Shown here: piece by piece, positions 1-14,150 of the stretch | Layout of the letters: each line of letters opens with the position of its first letter | Position numbering within the stretch: position 1 is the stretch's first letter | Origin: Octopus sinensis | Taxonomy: Eukaryota | Length of the DNA stretch: 64,000 nucleotides | NCBI RefSeq assembly: GCF_006345805.1 | Contig: NC_043021.1 | Location: forward strand, 13,764,001-13,828,000 | Direction of reading: 5' to 3' | The notes under the pieces: model-generated | The model's input: only the letters and a program-made list of their open reading frames with translations | Database searches by the model: none | Told to the model about the DNA's origin: nothing | Translations under genes and position numbers: made by a program

Positions 1-1415
1 GAGTTTTGTTGCTTACATCAGTGGGTGCCCCAGGGGCAGTTTTGTTGTCACTTGTGGAAAGGGGTCAAAATGCCTGCAGAATTGCTTCACCACCTGATGA
101 GGCATTGACCCTCTTGCATTCAAAGACAGAATAGAATACAGCAGAACTCTCACCACACAAACGTTTACCGTAAATGTAGATAAGGACTTGTATTTTCTCT
201 CGTCTCTTCAAGAGTCTCAGATTAGCTGCAAAGAAGAGGAAAGATGTCAGAAAATTGTCAGAATCATTACTGTCATCACCACTACCATCATCATCACCAT
301 TGCCATCACCATTGTCATCACCACTGCCATCATCATCATCGCCATCACCATCATCATTGTCATCACCACTGCTACCGTCATCATCATCTCCACTACTCTT
401 CCTGCTACCATCCTAACCACCTATACCACCACCACTATAGTTGTCGTCATACGTCAGTCAGCAGGTTTTTTTTTATATATTTCGTTCAATATATCAATTT
501 TTTTTTCCTTCCATATTTCTTTTTTAATGTGGAATTAATGTGATGATAGGATATTGGGGAAGAGAATCGGCTCAGCACCACTTACTACAACAGCAACAAC
601 CCAACACTACCACCACCACCACCAGCACCACTGTCACTGCCACCAATACTGTGGTTGCTAGCACCGCTATCACCACCACCACCACCACCACCATTACAAA
701 TACTGTTGTTAGCAGCATCATCACCACCAACTCTGTCACTAATACTGTAGATACTAGCACCTTTACCACCACCACCAATACTGTGGTTACTAGCAATACT
801 ATCACTGCCACCACCACTACAATTACTGCCACCTATACCATCACCATCTTAAATATGACCATTAATACTACCTTCAGTACCACTTCCACCACCAACATCT
901 CTACTACGACTATTATCGTTGGAAACAGACTGATGTTACCACCACCACCACCACCACCACCACCACCACCACCTCTACTACCAATTGCTCCACTGATATG
1001 ATTGAGTGTTATGATACACCACCACTCACACCAGCTTTTTCTCCAGTGACTACAGCAATATCAATATAATATATAATATAATACAATACAGCAACATACC
1101 ACCACCACCACCACCACCACTACTGGCACCAATACCATAACCACCACCACCCAGCAGCAACAACAATGGCAGCAACATCATCAATATGAACAGAGCATAA
1201 ATGAAATTGTTACTTTCTCACAAACAATTTTTAACCAGCGCTCAATAGTGCACACATGCAGATATCGCATATCCATACGCATGGCAACATATCACATACG
1301 AAGCTATTACCCATTATGATAGCATATCTTATGTGAGATTGATGCGGCTATTAACCCATACGTAGCTTTTGGTGTGATGATACGCTCTCATATCACATCC
1401 CCATACACATACACG

Positions 1416-1487
<72 letters not shown>

Positions 1488-2429
1488 GTGCGTGTGTGTG
1501 TGTATACACACACATATATATATAATATATACATGTGTTTGTATGTGTGTGTGCCGCATCATACGCAACCATCACACATTCACACTCACATCCGCATGGG
1601 TGTATCATGCGCTATCGTATGTATCATATGCGTAACCAGCAACTATTGACAGTCACATCCATCACTTGTGTGTGTGTGTATGTATTCAGGTTATGTATAC
1701 GATTAACTGTACCCCTCTGAGCATATCAATAGTCTTGAGGCTAATCAAGAAACACACATTGTACTAAATGCCTGGTTCATAATATGCTTTGGATTTATGC
1801 AAGGAATAGGTTCTGATTGATGGAGACATTACATCATAATGAAAAACTGTTTTCATCAGGTGAATACATGAACCACAAAATTCAAGAACATTCAGAATCT
1901 AATGGGACGTGCACCTTTATGATTCCATGACCCTTGTTGGTCATAGAATTCTATATATATATCATCAACATTACCCTGTCCACTGTCAGTTGGAATTTGT
2001 TAAGACAGTTTACTACGGTTGGATGCCTGTTTTGTCAGCAACGGTCACCTGTCTCTAAGTGAGGTAATATTTCCCAATGACCAGACATGTTTTCACAAGA
2101 TTGGAAATGACACACACTGCTTTTATGATGGTCACATTTGTTTACAACTATCATATGATGTTGAGACAAGGTGACAATAACACACACACACACACACACA
2201 TACACACTACAGACAGCTTTCAGTTTCTGTCTATCAAGTCCTCAAATTCACTCACAAGACTTTGGTTGACCTGGGGAGTATAGTTGAAGACACTTGCCTA
2301 AGGTGCTCTGCAGTGTGACTGAACTTGGAGCCCTATGGTTTACAAGCAAACTTCTTACCACACAGCTATGCCTATATATATATATATGTACACACACATA
2401 TATGTGTATGTGTGTGATTCCATTTTTAC

Positions 2430-2580
2430 TGTTCTTTCCACTTTTCCCTCTCAACTCTTTCTGTCAAAGAGCGTACACTGGAAATGTCAAAGACTTTTCC
2501 ATTCTTCCTGAACGTCTAACTAATACACCTGCTTGTTGTTCCTTCACTTGTCTTTGCTTTTTGTTTTCTGTAAATTTTAA
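2430..2580 (+). mobile_element. Short Penelope-like repeat with decayed hammerhead motif (family copy 3)
   Basis: tcttt-CTGTCAA-A-GAGC-gtac-ACTG-GAAA-TGTC-aaagacttttcc. The downstream flank is homologous to the reverse complement of 18540-18620 and 20280-20360. Confidence 0.5.
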
Positions 2581-2617
2581 CCACACACACACACACACAT
2601 ATGTGTATGTATGTGTA

Positions 2618-2649
<32 letters not shown>

Positions 2650-2905
2650 GAGACCAAAGTATACGTATGCCGCTATATATATAAAAATACAAAGTGGGAC
2701 AAGAACACAAAACATCCGGACAGTTATGTGATACAAAAATGGGACAACAAATGTATACATAGTGCAACTATATACTAAAAGTTCATATATAGGTGCATGC
2801 ATGTATGTATGTATGCATGTATGACTGTGTGCATGTATGTGTATGTATACATACATACACACATACATACACACACATACTCATGTATGTATACAAACAT
2901 GTATA

Positions 2906-2949
<44 letters not shown>

Positions 2950-4064
2950 TGCACATTACATATATGTATGTGTATATATACATGTTTGAAAGCATATGTA
3001 CAAACACACACACACACACACATATATATACATATATATACATACTCATATATATGGACATATATGTGTATATATATATATATGCACACATATATTTATC
3101 TTTGCTGAAGTTGTACACATACGTTTACACACCTGCATATAAATACACTTGCATACACCTATAATCACACCTGTGTGCATACATATACTTGCATACAACT
3201 CTATAATGCACAGTTGTATATGCACACACACACATCTATACATACTGGTATGCACTTACAATCACATACTTACTTGCACCCACATGTGCATACCTATACA
3301 CACATGCATATTAATGCATGCACAGACTTATACACGTGCATAGCTAAGCACTGAATCCTTTATTGACACACCTATGTTAATGCTTACCAATCTCTCTCTC
3401 TACGCACACATCCATACACACATACACACACTCATACACAAACATGCATGCATATATGCATTATCTATAAACATGTGCATACATTCACACTTGCGTGTGC
3501 ATACATCCCTGCACATAATCACATGCATACATATGTGTACACACTTGTATTGACACACCTATTGTTATGCACACACCTGCACACACGTCCACCCATACAC
3601 ACACACACACATGTATACACGTGCATACACACACATACACACACAGCCGTATACATGTGATGCTGTAATGCAGTAACTCTGACCTCCACAATTACCACCA
3701 CCATCCCAACAACTGACAAGCTGGTCACCTTGCATGCCTCTCTCTCTCTCCCTCTTTTTATCTGTCTGTCTGTCTCTAGCTTTCCATCTATATCTCTATC
3801 TACCTATTTATCTGTCTGTTTATCTGTCTCTCTCTCTGTCTATCTATCTATCTGTTTTTCTCATCCCCCTCTGTGTTAGATGGCCATCCTTTTTCCATGA
3901 ACATCTGATTGCTCTTTTGTATGTCTTCCCATTACTTTGTCTGTTTGTCAGTCAGTCTACATGTCTCATCTTTCCTCTATTGGTTTGTCTGTCTGTCTCT
4001 CTGTCTAGATAGCTGTCTCTCTCTCTGTCTCTTTCTCACTGTTAGGCAACATTTCTCTGTCCAT

Positions 4065-4435
4065 CTAACTGCTCTCCTTGTCTCTGTCTCTCTCACTGCT
4101 CTCCTTGTCTCTGTCCATCTCACTGCCCTCCTTGTCTGTCTCTCTCACTGCTCTCCTTGTCTCTGTCTCTGTCTCTGTCTCTCACTGCTCTCCTTGTCTC
4201 TGTCTCTATCTCACTGCTCTCCTTGTCTCTGTCTCTCTCACTACTCTCCTTGTTTCTATCTCTCTCACTGTTCTCCTTGTCTCTGTCTCTCTCACTGCTC
4301 TCCTTGTCTCTGTCTCTCTCACTGCTCTCCTTGTCTCTGTCTCTCTCACTGCTCTCCTTGTCTCTGTATGTCTCTCTCACTGCTCTCTTTGTCTCTCTCT
4401 CTCACTGCTCTCCTTGTCTCTGTCTCTCTCTGTTT
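4065..4435. repeat. 27-bp minisatellite (ctcactgctctccttgtctctgtctct)n
   Basis: Direct inspection; explains the LTALLVSVS repeats in the ORF track. Confidence 0.9.
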
Positions 4436-5404
4436 GTCACTGCATGAATTTTTAATGCTCTGTCTCTCTATCTATATATGCGTCTTTCTTTCTATCACAC
4501 ACACTCTCTCTCTCACACACTTTCTTTCACTTTCTCGCACTTTCTTTCTCTCTCTCTCTCCCTCACACACACACACACCACACTCTGTCTCTCTCTCTGC
4601 ATCATTTCTAACTTTCTGTTTCTCTCTCTTTCTCTCTCTCACATGTGCACACACACACACACTCTCTTTCTTTCTCTCTTACCCACACACATACCCTCAG
4701 CATGTATTTCTGACTCCCTCTCTCTATCTCCCCTCTATTTCTCCCTTCCTCTTTCTGTCTCAATTTGTCTCTGCCTCTCTTTTTGTTTCTGTTTTCCTGT
4801 CCTATGTGCACTGGGTTCTATGCACGTTATTCTCTGTTTACCTGTCTGTTTACCTGTCTGTCTGGCTCTGTCCTTTGTGTTGTTTGTCCACTATTGTCTG
4901 TCTGTCTTGCACATTCACTTTCCATTCATTTGCCCTTCTTTGTGCCTGTCCATTTATACACCTAACCAACCATCAATCTGCTGCCTATTTACCCATCATG
5001 CACTTGTCCACTTAATTATGTGCCCACCTGTCTACCTGTTCACCTGTCCACCTGTCTGTTTCTTTACCATTGCATACCCATTTACTCATCCACCTGTCAA
5101 TTTGTTCACCTGTCTACTTGTCTACTTCCCTGTCCGCCTAATTACCTATCTGTCTACCTACCTGTCCACTTGTCTGGCTGTCCATCCATCCATCCATCCA
5201 CCTGTCTGTTTGTCCATCCAGTTATGCCACTCTCCTTTCCTCCCTCTCTCACTCCCTTCTCTCTCTTGGTTCAGTCTCCTCTTCTTTCTCCCCCCCACTC
5301 CCACCACGTGATGCAGTTTGCTCTATCTGCATCTGGTCATATGATATTATAATGCATCCAGTGATGTAATGACTGCACACTGCTGGCTGCATCACTGCAT
5401 CAGT

Positions 5405-5442
<38 letters not shown>

Positions 5443-5620
5443 CTCTTTCTCTCTGTGTGTCTGCATGCGCATGCATATGTGTTTGTGTGAGATATTGTTT
5501 ATGCATTCATACTGTGTGTTTATGTATGTTTGTATATGCACGTGAAGGATTTCCTGTGCACCTGTGTGTGTGTGTGTGCATGTGTTTGTAATTTCCTGTA
5601 TGTGTTTGTGTGTTTAATTT

Positions 5621-5657
<37 letters not shown>

Positions 5658-6522
5658 ATGTATATATGTGTGTGTGTGTGTGTGTGTGGTGTATATTTGT
5701 ATTTGTGTGGTATGTCAGATTCAGTATGTGTATATATATATACATACACACACAGATGTGCATATTTATGTATGTTTCTGTGTTTGCATGCTTGTGCATA
5801 GTGAGTCCATGTGTGTGTGTATATTTGTGAATGCATATGGGTGCACACATGTATATATATATATATATATATATGTTTACAAGTATATACATCTGTGTGA
5901 ATGATTGCAGTTATGCATGTGTGTGTACATATGCATTTACAAAACTATATGTGCATCTATATTTGCATACATGCATATGTATACATTCACAAAACTGCAT
6001 GTGTGCACGTATATTTGCACGTATGCATTTCTGCACATGTGCATTCATTTGTCCATGTGTGAAAGCATTCATGTGTATCTGTATGTCTGCACTTTTGGGG
6101 ATGTCTGCATGTGTGCACATGTATGCACATTGCTGTGATTATAAATTTTTTTGCTACTGTTGGAGAATAGGAAGCATGGAGCAATGCGTCAGTGATGGTG
6201 ATGGAGGTGATGTAATACCCTATTCAGCAAACCTATGCTCCAAGACATTCCAGCATGACCATCCTGTCTTTCATTCAATTATAATATTCATCTAGGATTA
6301 CATGAACTTATGCATCCTTCCTCTTTGTTTTTTTTTTCTTTTTAAGCAGTAGGTTAAACTTTGAGGAAAATTTGGCTGTTATTTCTACCAGATTGAAGTC
6401 GTCATTGTCTTAGGTACTGTTGTACTGTTAGCAATGTTTAACCCTGAGTTGACTCAGATTGAGCAAATCTATTGACCTATGACATTCTGTATATCAAACT
6501 ACATTATGCAACGTATCCATTT

Positions 6523-6736
6523 TTAACCCTTTCACTACCAACCTGGCTGAAACCGGCTCTGGCTCTTGTTTTAATAAGTTTTGAATTTAAATCTTCCACC
6601 AAATCTTAGTTTAAATTTATGTTCCTAACACTAGCTTAATGATAACGAAGTTAATTTACTAAATTCTTTGTTATTTATAAAATAATTGAAAGAAACACAG
6701 AGCATCTCAAAATAAATACAGTAATGAAAGGGTTAA
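6523..6736 (+). mobile_element. piggyBac-like MITE
   Basis: TTAA-CCCTTTCACTAC ... GTAATGAAAGGG-TTAA (TTAA TSD, CCC/GGG ends). Confidence 0.75.
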
Positions 6737-7661
6737 AGACAGAAGGGTGTGATTTGAAGGAGATTTGGGTGCTATTTCTAGCATGTTGAGTAATCACTTA
6801 GTGGTCTCTTAATTTTGTATTGTTAGAGGTGGTGATGATGATGATGGTGGTGTTGGTGGCAATGGTGGTGGTGGTGTGGTGGTGGTGGTAGTAGTGCTGT
6901 TGATGGTGGTGGTGATAGTGGTTATGGTGTTGTTAGGATTTGTCACCACTAGTGTCAATAACAACAGTAGATGTTGTCTAGTCCTAGGTCAAGCATGTTT
7001 GAGCAGGTCTATAGTTTGGGATGTCCCGGCCCATGACCACTCTTTTTTTTTTGTGCATCATCATCATCACCATTCCATGATGGTGATCATCACCACCATC
7101 ATCACTACCATCATCATCACCACCATCATCACTACCGTCATCATCACCACCTCCTCTGCTACTCATTACCATCACATCTATTATCATCTTCATCATCAAC
7201 ACCACCACCACCACCACCACTACCTGGTTTCCTTCCATGATGTTATGACAGATAGAGGAGGGGCCCATAACTACAATTCTACCTTCATCCACACATCCAC
7301 CTGTACACACATACACACACAGAGAACTTCTACTATCTGACCATCTGTGAGGTCCGATATTTCTAAATTCCGATGTTCACTTCATCTTTCCTGTTCTTGA
7401 AATATTCTGCCTCTGTTGTATGAAGTAAATTTTCCATGGTTGACATCTCCACTCCTTTTTCTCTCACACTAAACTTGTGTGTCTAGCCATACTGTAGCTA
7501 CACACCACTTCAATATATTTCTACATCAGCTGTATATCCAGCCATGCTATGTCTACATACCATTTCTGTGTGTGTGTGGTGTGTATATGTGTGTGTTTAT
7601 AACACACACACACACACACACATATATACACACACACACAATATATATATATATATATAAT

Positions 7662-7709
<48 letters not shown>

Positions 7710-7713
<4 letters not shown>

Positions 7714-7985
7714 ACCTTGAAAAGTTAAACCATTAAAAGTGAACTATTATATTACATTACTATAGAAATGTTATTGTTTGACTTTTGACACGTAATACCG
7801 AAACAGTCTAAGAGATTCTTCTGGGCTTGCATTAGGCAAGAGGTTGAAAAATTTTTGGCCCATGACACCCCATGAACCCTAAGTAATGTATGTGTAAAAT
7901 TTGAATTAAATCGGTTGGGTAGTTCTGGGGTTTTGGTGATGCACATATACTGACAGATAGACAGACAGATACACATTCTCAGTTG
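7710..7985 (-). mobile_element. Non-autonomous Helitron/DINE-like fragment
   Basis: Minus strand has a (TGTC)n microsatellite followed by aactacccaaccgatttaattcaaatttt, a pattern typical of Helitron-N 5' regions. Confidence 0.45.
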
Positions 7986-8603
7986 TGTATGTGTTTGTCC
8001 CCCAACATCGCTTGACAACCGATGCTGGTGTGTTTATGTCCCCGTAACTTAGTGGTTTGGCAAAAGAGACTGATAGAATAAGTACTAGGCTTACAAAAAA
8101 TAAGTCCTGGGGTCGATGTGCTCGACTAAAGGCAGTGCTCCAGCATGGCCACAGTCAAATGACTGAAACAAGTAAAAGAGAGAGAGAGTATATATATATA
8201 TATCCAAAATTTATAAGGAGTGGAATAGGTAGAATATAGGCTACATATGTTTCTTAACTAGTTCATTATGTTTTACACAATAAACACTCCTCAGTGTAGC
8301 TAGTTATTTTATTGTATACTGTCCACTTTTTGTTCTCTCTACTAGCCTATTGTTTGAAGCTAACTATCCTCCAACTCTCAGATCCCTAGATTATACTCGC
8401 GTATGTGTGTGTGTGTGTGTGTGTTTAGCATATACATAGATGGGTGTGTGTGTGTATATGCATTTATGTTGTATTTGTTCCTTGCTATCACTTGCCTACT
8501 GGTGTTGGCTTGTTTACATCCCCATAACTTAGTAGTTAGGCAAAAGAAACCAACAGATTAAGTACCAAACTTAAAAAATAAATACTATATGTGTTTCTAG
8601 TCT

Positions 8604-8831
8604 TTAACCCTTTCGTTACTGTATTTCTGTTGAGGTGCTCTGTATTTCTTTCAATTACTTTAAATATAACAAAGAATTTAGTAAAATAACTTAGTTGTCA
8701 TTCAGCAAGTGTTAGGAACATAAATCGTGATTAAGGTTTGGTGAAAGATTTCAATTCAGAACTTATGAAAACAAGACATTTGTACTCAGAGCCAGAGCCG
8801 GTTTCAGCCGGGTTGGTAACAAAAGGGTTAA
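8604..8831 (-). mobile_element. piggyBac-like MITE, inverted copy of 6523-6736
   Basis: TTAA-CCCTTTCG ... AAAAGGG-TTAA; the interior is the reverse complement of the 6523 copy (gagccagagccggtttcagcc). Confidence 0.75.
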
Positions 8832-8834
8832 TCA

Positions 8835-9290
8835 TATTCTTTTCTACTCTAGGCACAAGGCCTGAAATTTTGGGGGAGGGGCCAGTTGATTAGATTGACC
8901 CCAGTATGCAACTGGTACTTAATTTATCATCCCCGAAAGGATGAAAGGCAAGTTGACCTCGGCGGAATTTGTACTCAGAATGTAAAGACAGATGAAATAC
9001 CACGAAGCATTTCACCCAGTGTGCTAACGTTTCTGCCAGCTCTTCACCTTTTATATTTCGTAAGAAAGAATAATCCTTTCTACTATAGGCACACAGCCTG
9101 GATTTTGTGGGGAAGGGAACAGTTGATCACATTGACCCCAGTACTTAACTGATACTCAATTTATCAACTCTGAAAGGATGAAAGGCAAAGTCGACCTTGG
9201 CAGAATTTGAACTCAGAGCGTAGCGACGGACGAAATACTGCTAAGCTTTACATCTAGCGTCCCAATGATTCTGCCAACTCGCTGCCTAGT
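8835..9290 (-). mobile_element. Two tandem family B SINEs
   Basis: aggcacaaggcctgaaatttt...gaaaggatgaaaggcaa...ttctgccagctc occurs twice. Confidence 0.8.
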
Positions 9291-10244
9291 CTTTAATCAT
9301 ATTGCATACCTGTTCAACATGTGATGTTTATTGATGGGTAAATCTGAGCACCCATGCATATATGCATGTGTGCATATATGCAAATGCATACATGTACACA
9401 TATGAACATCATCATCATCATCAACCCATGGACATTATTGTTTCAAGTCCTAGAACTCTAGTGTTGGTTACCTGGTTTTCATGGTGTATAAATGGTTGAG
9501 ATCACAGTACTCTCAGACAAAGCTTTGGTCGCCCTGAAGCTATAGTAGAAGACACTTCCCCAAGGTACCCATGCAGTGAGACAGAACCTGGTACTATATG
9601 GTTTGGAAGCAAGCTTCTTACCACACAGTCATGCCTGTGGCTATCTAAGTAAGATTTTAAAGACCCCCTCACCATAATAATTTTATGTAGAACCAATATG
9701 TTGTACAACTGAATAAGGTCCATAACCCTGCCTGCTTTGGTTTACCACCGCTGTATGATATTATGACCTTTGGGTGTCTTTAACAGAATCCATTCTGTTA
9801 CAAACAAGTCTTTGGTGTTCTTTTTTTTTTCCATCTCTTTTCTCCTACCAAACTGAGAAACCTCTCTTCCCCACTCCATTCCCCTGCAAAAAGGTTCATC
9901 GGTGCTGCGATTTCTCTTCCTGACCAAGCCATAAAAATAAAAAAAATAAGTAAAATAAAGTGAGAGAGAATGAGAAAGAGAGAGACAGAGAGAGAGAGAG
10001 AGTCAGTTCAGTTTGCTTTGGTGATCCATGGGAAATTCTAAGAAAAACAAATCACAGCCTGTATATAAACAACAAAAAATAGCAGCAATAACCACCACCA
10101 CCACCACAGTAACAACAATAACAACAGCAACAAAAAGAACGGTAAATGTTTAAGCAACAAAATACAATAACAACAGCAACAGTTCAGACATCTGTTGCAG
10201 AGATCGATATGTGCAATACAATTGAAACCAGCTAAATAAAGAGA

Positions 10245-10660
10245 GAGAGAGGTGGTGATGGTGATGTTGATGTTTGTGATGGTGATGTTTGTGGTGGTGG
10301 TGGTGGTGATGATGTTTGTGGGGGTGGTGGTGATGGTGATGTTTGTAGTGGTGGCAGTGGTATTTGTGGTGGTGGTGGTGGTGGTGATGGTGATGTTTGT
10401 GGTGGTGGCAGTGGTGTTATGCGGTGGTGATGGTGATGTTTGTGGTGTTTGTAGTGGTGGCAGTGGTGTTTGTGGTGGTGGTGATGATGATGTTTGTGGT
10501 GGTGGTGGTGGTGTTTGTGGTGGTGATGGTGATGGTGGTGTTTGTGGTGGTGGTGATGGTGATGTTTGTGGTGGTGGTGGTGATAGTGGTAATGTTTGTG
10601 GTGGTGGTGATGGTGATGTTTGTGGTGGCAGTGGTGGTGGTGGTGTTTGTGGTGTTAGTT
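10245..10660. repeat. (GGT)n-based minisatellite with a gatgtttgt anchor
   Basis: ggtggtgatggtgatgtttgt repeated. Confidence 0.85.
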
Positions 10661-11086
10661 GGGGAATGTTTGAGTGAAATACGTAAACTCTAGCTAGCTA
10701 CATAACATGCATACATATAAATGCACTTGCCCACATACACACACAGTGCTAACATATACTACCACCAGCACCTCCCCCACCACCACCATGGCTGGCGTCA
10801 TCGTTGTCGTCATCATCATCATCATTGCCACCATCACCAAAAACAACCACTATGTTGCTGCTGCTGATGCTATTATCATTATTGTTGTTGTTGTCATCAT
10901 CGTCACCACCACCACCACCACCACTGTTGCACCACTGCTCTCGTCATCATCGTTGTCATTGTCATCACCACTACCATCATCATTAGAACACATAAATATA
11001 CACCTACACACTAACTACTTGCACATGCAAGCACACACACACACACACATACACACACATTTTATCATCATCATGATCATCATCGT

Positions 11087-11400
11087 TGAGGCGCAATGGC
11101 CCAGTTGTTAGGGCAGTGGACTCGCGGTCGGAGGATCGTGGTTTCAATTCCCAGACCGGGCGTTGTGTGTATTTATTGAGCGAAAAGACCTAAAAGCTCC
11201 ACGAGGCTCCTGCAGGGGGTGGTGGTGACCCCTGTTGTGCTCTTTTGCCCCAACTTTCTCTCACTCTCTCTTCCTGTTTCTTGAGTGACGCTGCGATGGA
11301 CTAGCATCCTGTCCAACTGGGGGGAGGGAACACATGTGCCACAGAAACCGAGAAACCAGGCCCATGAGCCTGGCTGGGCTTGAAAAGGGTGCATGAAAAA
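11087..11400 (+). mobile_element. tRNA-derived SINE (family D), near full length
   Basis: Head gaggcgcaatggcccagttgttagggcagtggactcgcggtcggaggatcgtggtttcaattccc contains A- and B-box-like motifs; A-rich tail; inverted homologue at 23031-23340. Confidence 0.85.
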
Positions 11401-12539
11401 ATAAAATGATCATCATCACTCACATCACTACAACTGAGAGGGAGTTTTTATCTGGTCATTTGATCTGCTAGAATTTGCAGTGAAATCTCTCTCAAACCAC
11501 ATCATCATAACTTTCCCTATCCACTTTTCCATGTTTGCATGGGCCGCAGCAGATTTCCTATGGCTGGATGTCCTTCCCGTCACCAACCTTTACCTCTTCC
11601 AAGACATCTTGTAGAATATTCAAAAGGGATAACACTGCTTGTATGACAGTGATGATCACTTTACAGCTATCTTTTGGTTTGAAGGCAAGGCAATGCAAAC
11701 ATACACATATACATTACATGTGCATTGCTTTCTCTATTTTTTTCTCTCCTGTCTACTTTTTCAGAAGAAGAGTGTGTGCTTGAAACATAAAAGACTTTTC
11801 CTTTTGTTTCTTTCTACTTCCTGAGCATAAACCTAATATACTTTGTGGTTTTTTTTACCTTGTTTCATGTTTACACTGCATATATATACATATATATACA
11901 TACATACATACATACATACATACATACATACATACATGCATGCATGCATGCATGCATGCATGCATGCATGAGTTCAGCAAAAATTTAGATTTAGATGAAT
12001 ATGGTACAAAGTTGAGGCACCAGAATTTAGTACGGTATTATCCATTCAATTTCAAAATAAGGTGATTAGAATCAAAATAAGCAACAATATATATATATAT
12101 ATATTTTATACATACACACATATGTATACACACACACACTTATCTATTTATATACATACGCACATACATGTATGCGTATATATACGCATATATATATCTG
12201 TGTGTGTGTCTTTGTGTCCCTGTTTATCACCCCTCACCACTGTTTGGCAATTGGTGTTAGTTTGTTTACATCCCCATATTATAGTTCACTGGATGACTGT
12301 TGCCACAAGTACAAGTAGTTTGTGTGTCTAGAAAATGTGTAAGGAGCCTTTTGCCTTTCTCACCCACTTTATTATTGTGAACAAAGGTTTTCAGCAATGT
12401 TCAGTTACCAAAAATAAATTTTGTACAAGACTGTCAATGGAGAATGATATGCAGGTGTGCCTTTCAGGAATTGTGCCTAGAACTGAGTTATCATATTTGA
12501 TGGCATGTATGGTGCACTTTTTTTTCCCCAAACGAATAG

Positions 12540-12905
12540 GCACAGGCATAGCTGTGGAGTAAGAAACTTGCTTCTCAACCATGTGGTTTCAGGTTCAGTT
12601 CCACTGTGTGGCACCTTGGACAAGTGTCTTCCACTATAACCTCAAACTGACCAAAGCCTTGTGAGTGGATTTGGTAGATAGAAACTGAAGGAAGCTTGTC
12701 ATATATGTGTGTGTGTATGTGTGTCTACTTGATAATCAGTGTTAGTTTGTTTATGTCCCCATAATTTAGTAGGTCAGCAAAAAAAAGACCGAAAGAATAA
12801 GTAGTGAGCTTAAAAGAAAGATTAGTACTGGGGTCGACTCATTCAACTAAAAGTTCTTCAAGGCAGTGCCCCAGCATGGCCGCAGTCTAATGACTGAAAG
12901 AAAAA
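12540..12905 (+). mobile_element. CORE-type tRNA SINE (family A), full length
   Basis: Head gctgtggagtaagaaacttgcttctcaaccatgtggtttcaggttcagttcc, CORE-like gtggcaccttggacaagtgtctt, internal (TG)n, tail gccccagcatggccgcagtctaatgactgaaa. Confidence 0.85.
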
Positions 12906-13561
12906 AATCATCATCATCATCATCTTCAACATCAGTTAATGTCTGTCTTCCATGCATGATGAGTAGGATGGTTGACAGGGGCCGGCCAGGTAGAAGACTA
13001 CCCCAGGCTACTGTGTCTGTTTTGGCAGGGTTTTATGACTGGATGCCCTTCCTAACACCAACCACTCTGCAGAAATTTTACTTTACTTGAAAGCAGGTGA
13101 GGGTTGGCAACTGGAAGAGCATCCGGCTGTAGGGAATATACCTTGACATCTGATCTATGCAGGCATAGGAAAGTGGATGTTAAAATGATGCTGATACAAT
13201 GATTTTTCGCATGGGGTACAATAATACTGTTTGGACATGATGAAGGGGAGTGCACTGGACAAAAAAAAAAACCTTTGAGAACCCTTGTAATTGAGTGTGA
13301 ATTGATTGGCTATTTCTAGCAAATTGAGCAGTCTCATTGGGGCTCCCACATAGCTCCTGTATTTTATGATTGGGAGAGAAGCAGGGTAGTTTGGTGGCAT
13401 TTGTGAGTTTGTAAAGTGTCTGGACCAATAAAGATAACAACAGCATCACCACCACAACCCCCCCCCCCCCCTTCCCTTGTAATATTTCAAAATATTTCCC
13501 TCTCATGATTTTTCATTAACGTTTTGCTCAAAATGGCTGCCATAATGGTTTCATTACACAT

Positions 13562-13595
<34 letters not shown>

Positions 13596-13779
13596 CACAC
13601 ACACACACACATTTATTTATTTATTTTTCTATCTTCCATCTTCTTGGTTCATCTTCATTCTTTGATCTACCTTTCACTTTCTTGATTCTTTTCTTTTTCT
13701 TTCATTTTTAAAAAAAAATCTGTTTTTGCATTGTTCTGATTTTTTTTTCCTTTCCCACACTTGGCTCTTTCCTTCTCTC

Positions 13780-14150
13780 TTGCTCCTTCTTTATCTCTCA
13801 TTCCTTCCTTATCTCTAGCTCCTTCCTTATCTCTAGCTCCTTCCTTTTCTCTTGGTCCTTCCCTCCTTCTTGTTCCTCTTATTTTTTCCTTCTCTTTCAC
13901 TCCTTTCTTCCCTGTTACTCTTTTTATTCTGTTGCTCCTTCCTTTCTTTTTACTCCTTTCTTCCCTGTTGCTCCTTCCTTCTCTCGCTCCTTCCTTCTCT
14001 CGGCTCCTTCCTTCTCTTTCCCCTTTTTTCTCTCTCGCTCCTTCCTTCTCTCTCACTCCTTCCTTCTCTCTCGCTCCTTCCTTCTGTCTTGCTCCTCCCT
14101 TCCCTCTCGCTCCTTATCTCTCATTCCTTCCTTATCTCTAGCTCCTTCCT
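13780..14150. repeat. 18-bp minisatellite (ctcgctccttccttctct)n
   Basis: Direct inspection; explains the LAPSLS repeats. Confidence 0.8.

Noticed and set aside
60-115. CTGATGA inside a small hairpin (ggggtc-aa-aatgcct / aggcatt-gaccct)
   Set aside because: No GAAA, stem II or stem III, so not a hammerhead.
1200-1700. Unusual CpG-containing ATGC-rich sequence as a novel element
   Set aside because: Resembles scrambled (CA)n/(TA)n and may be low-quality sequence; no structure could be supported.
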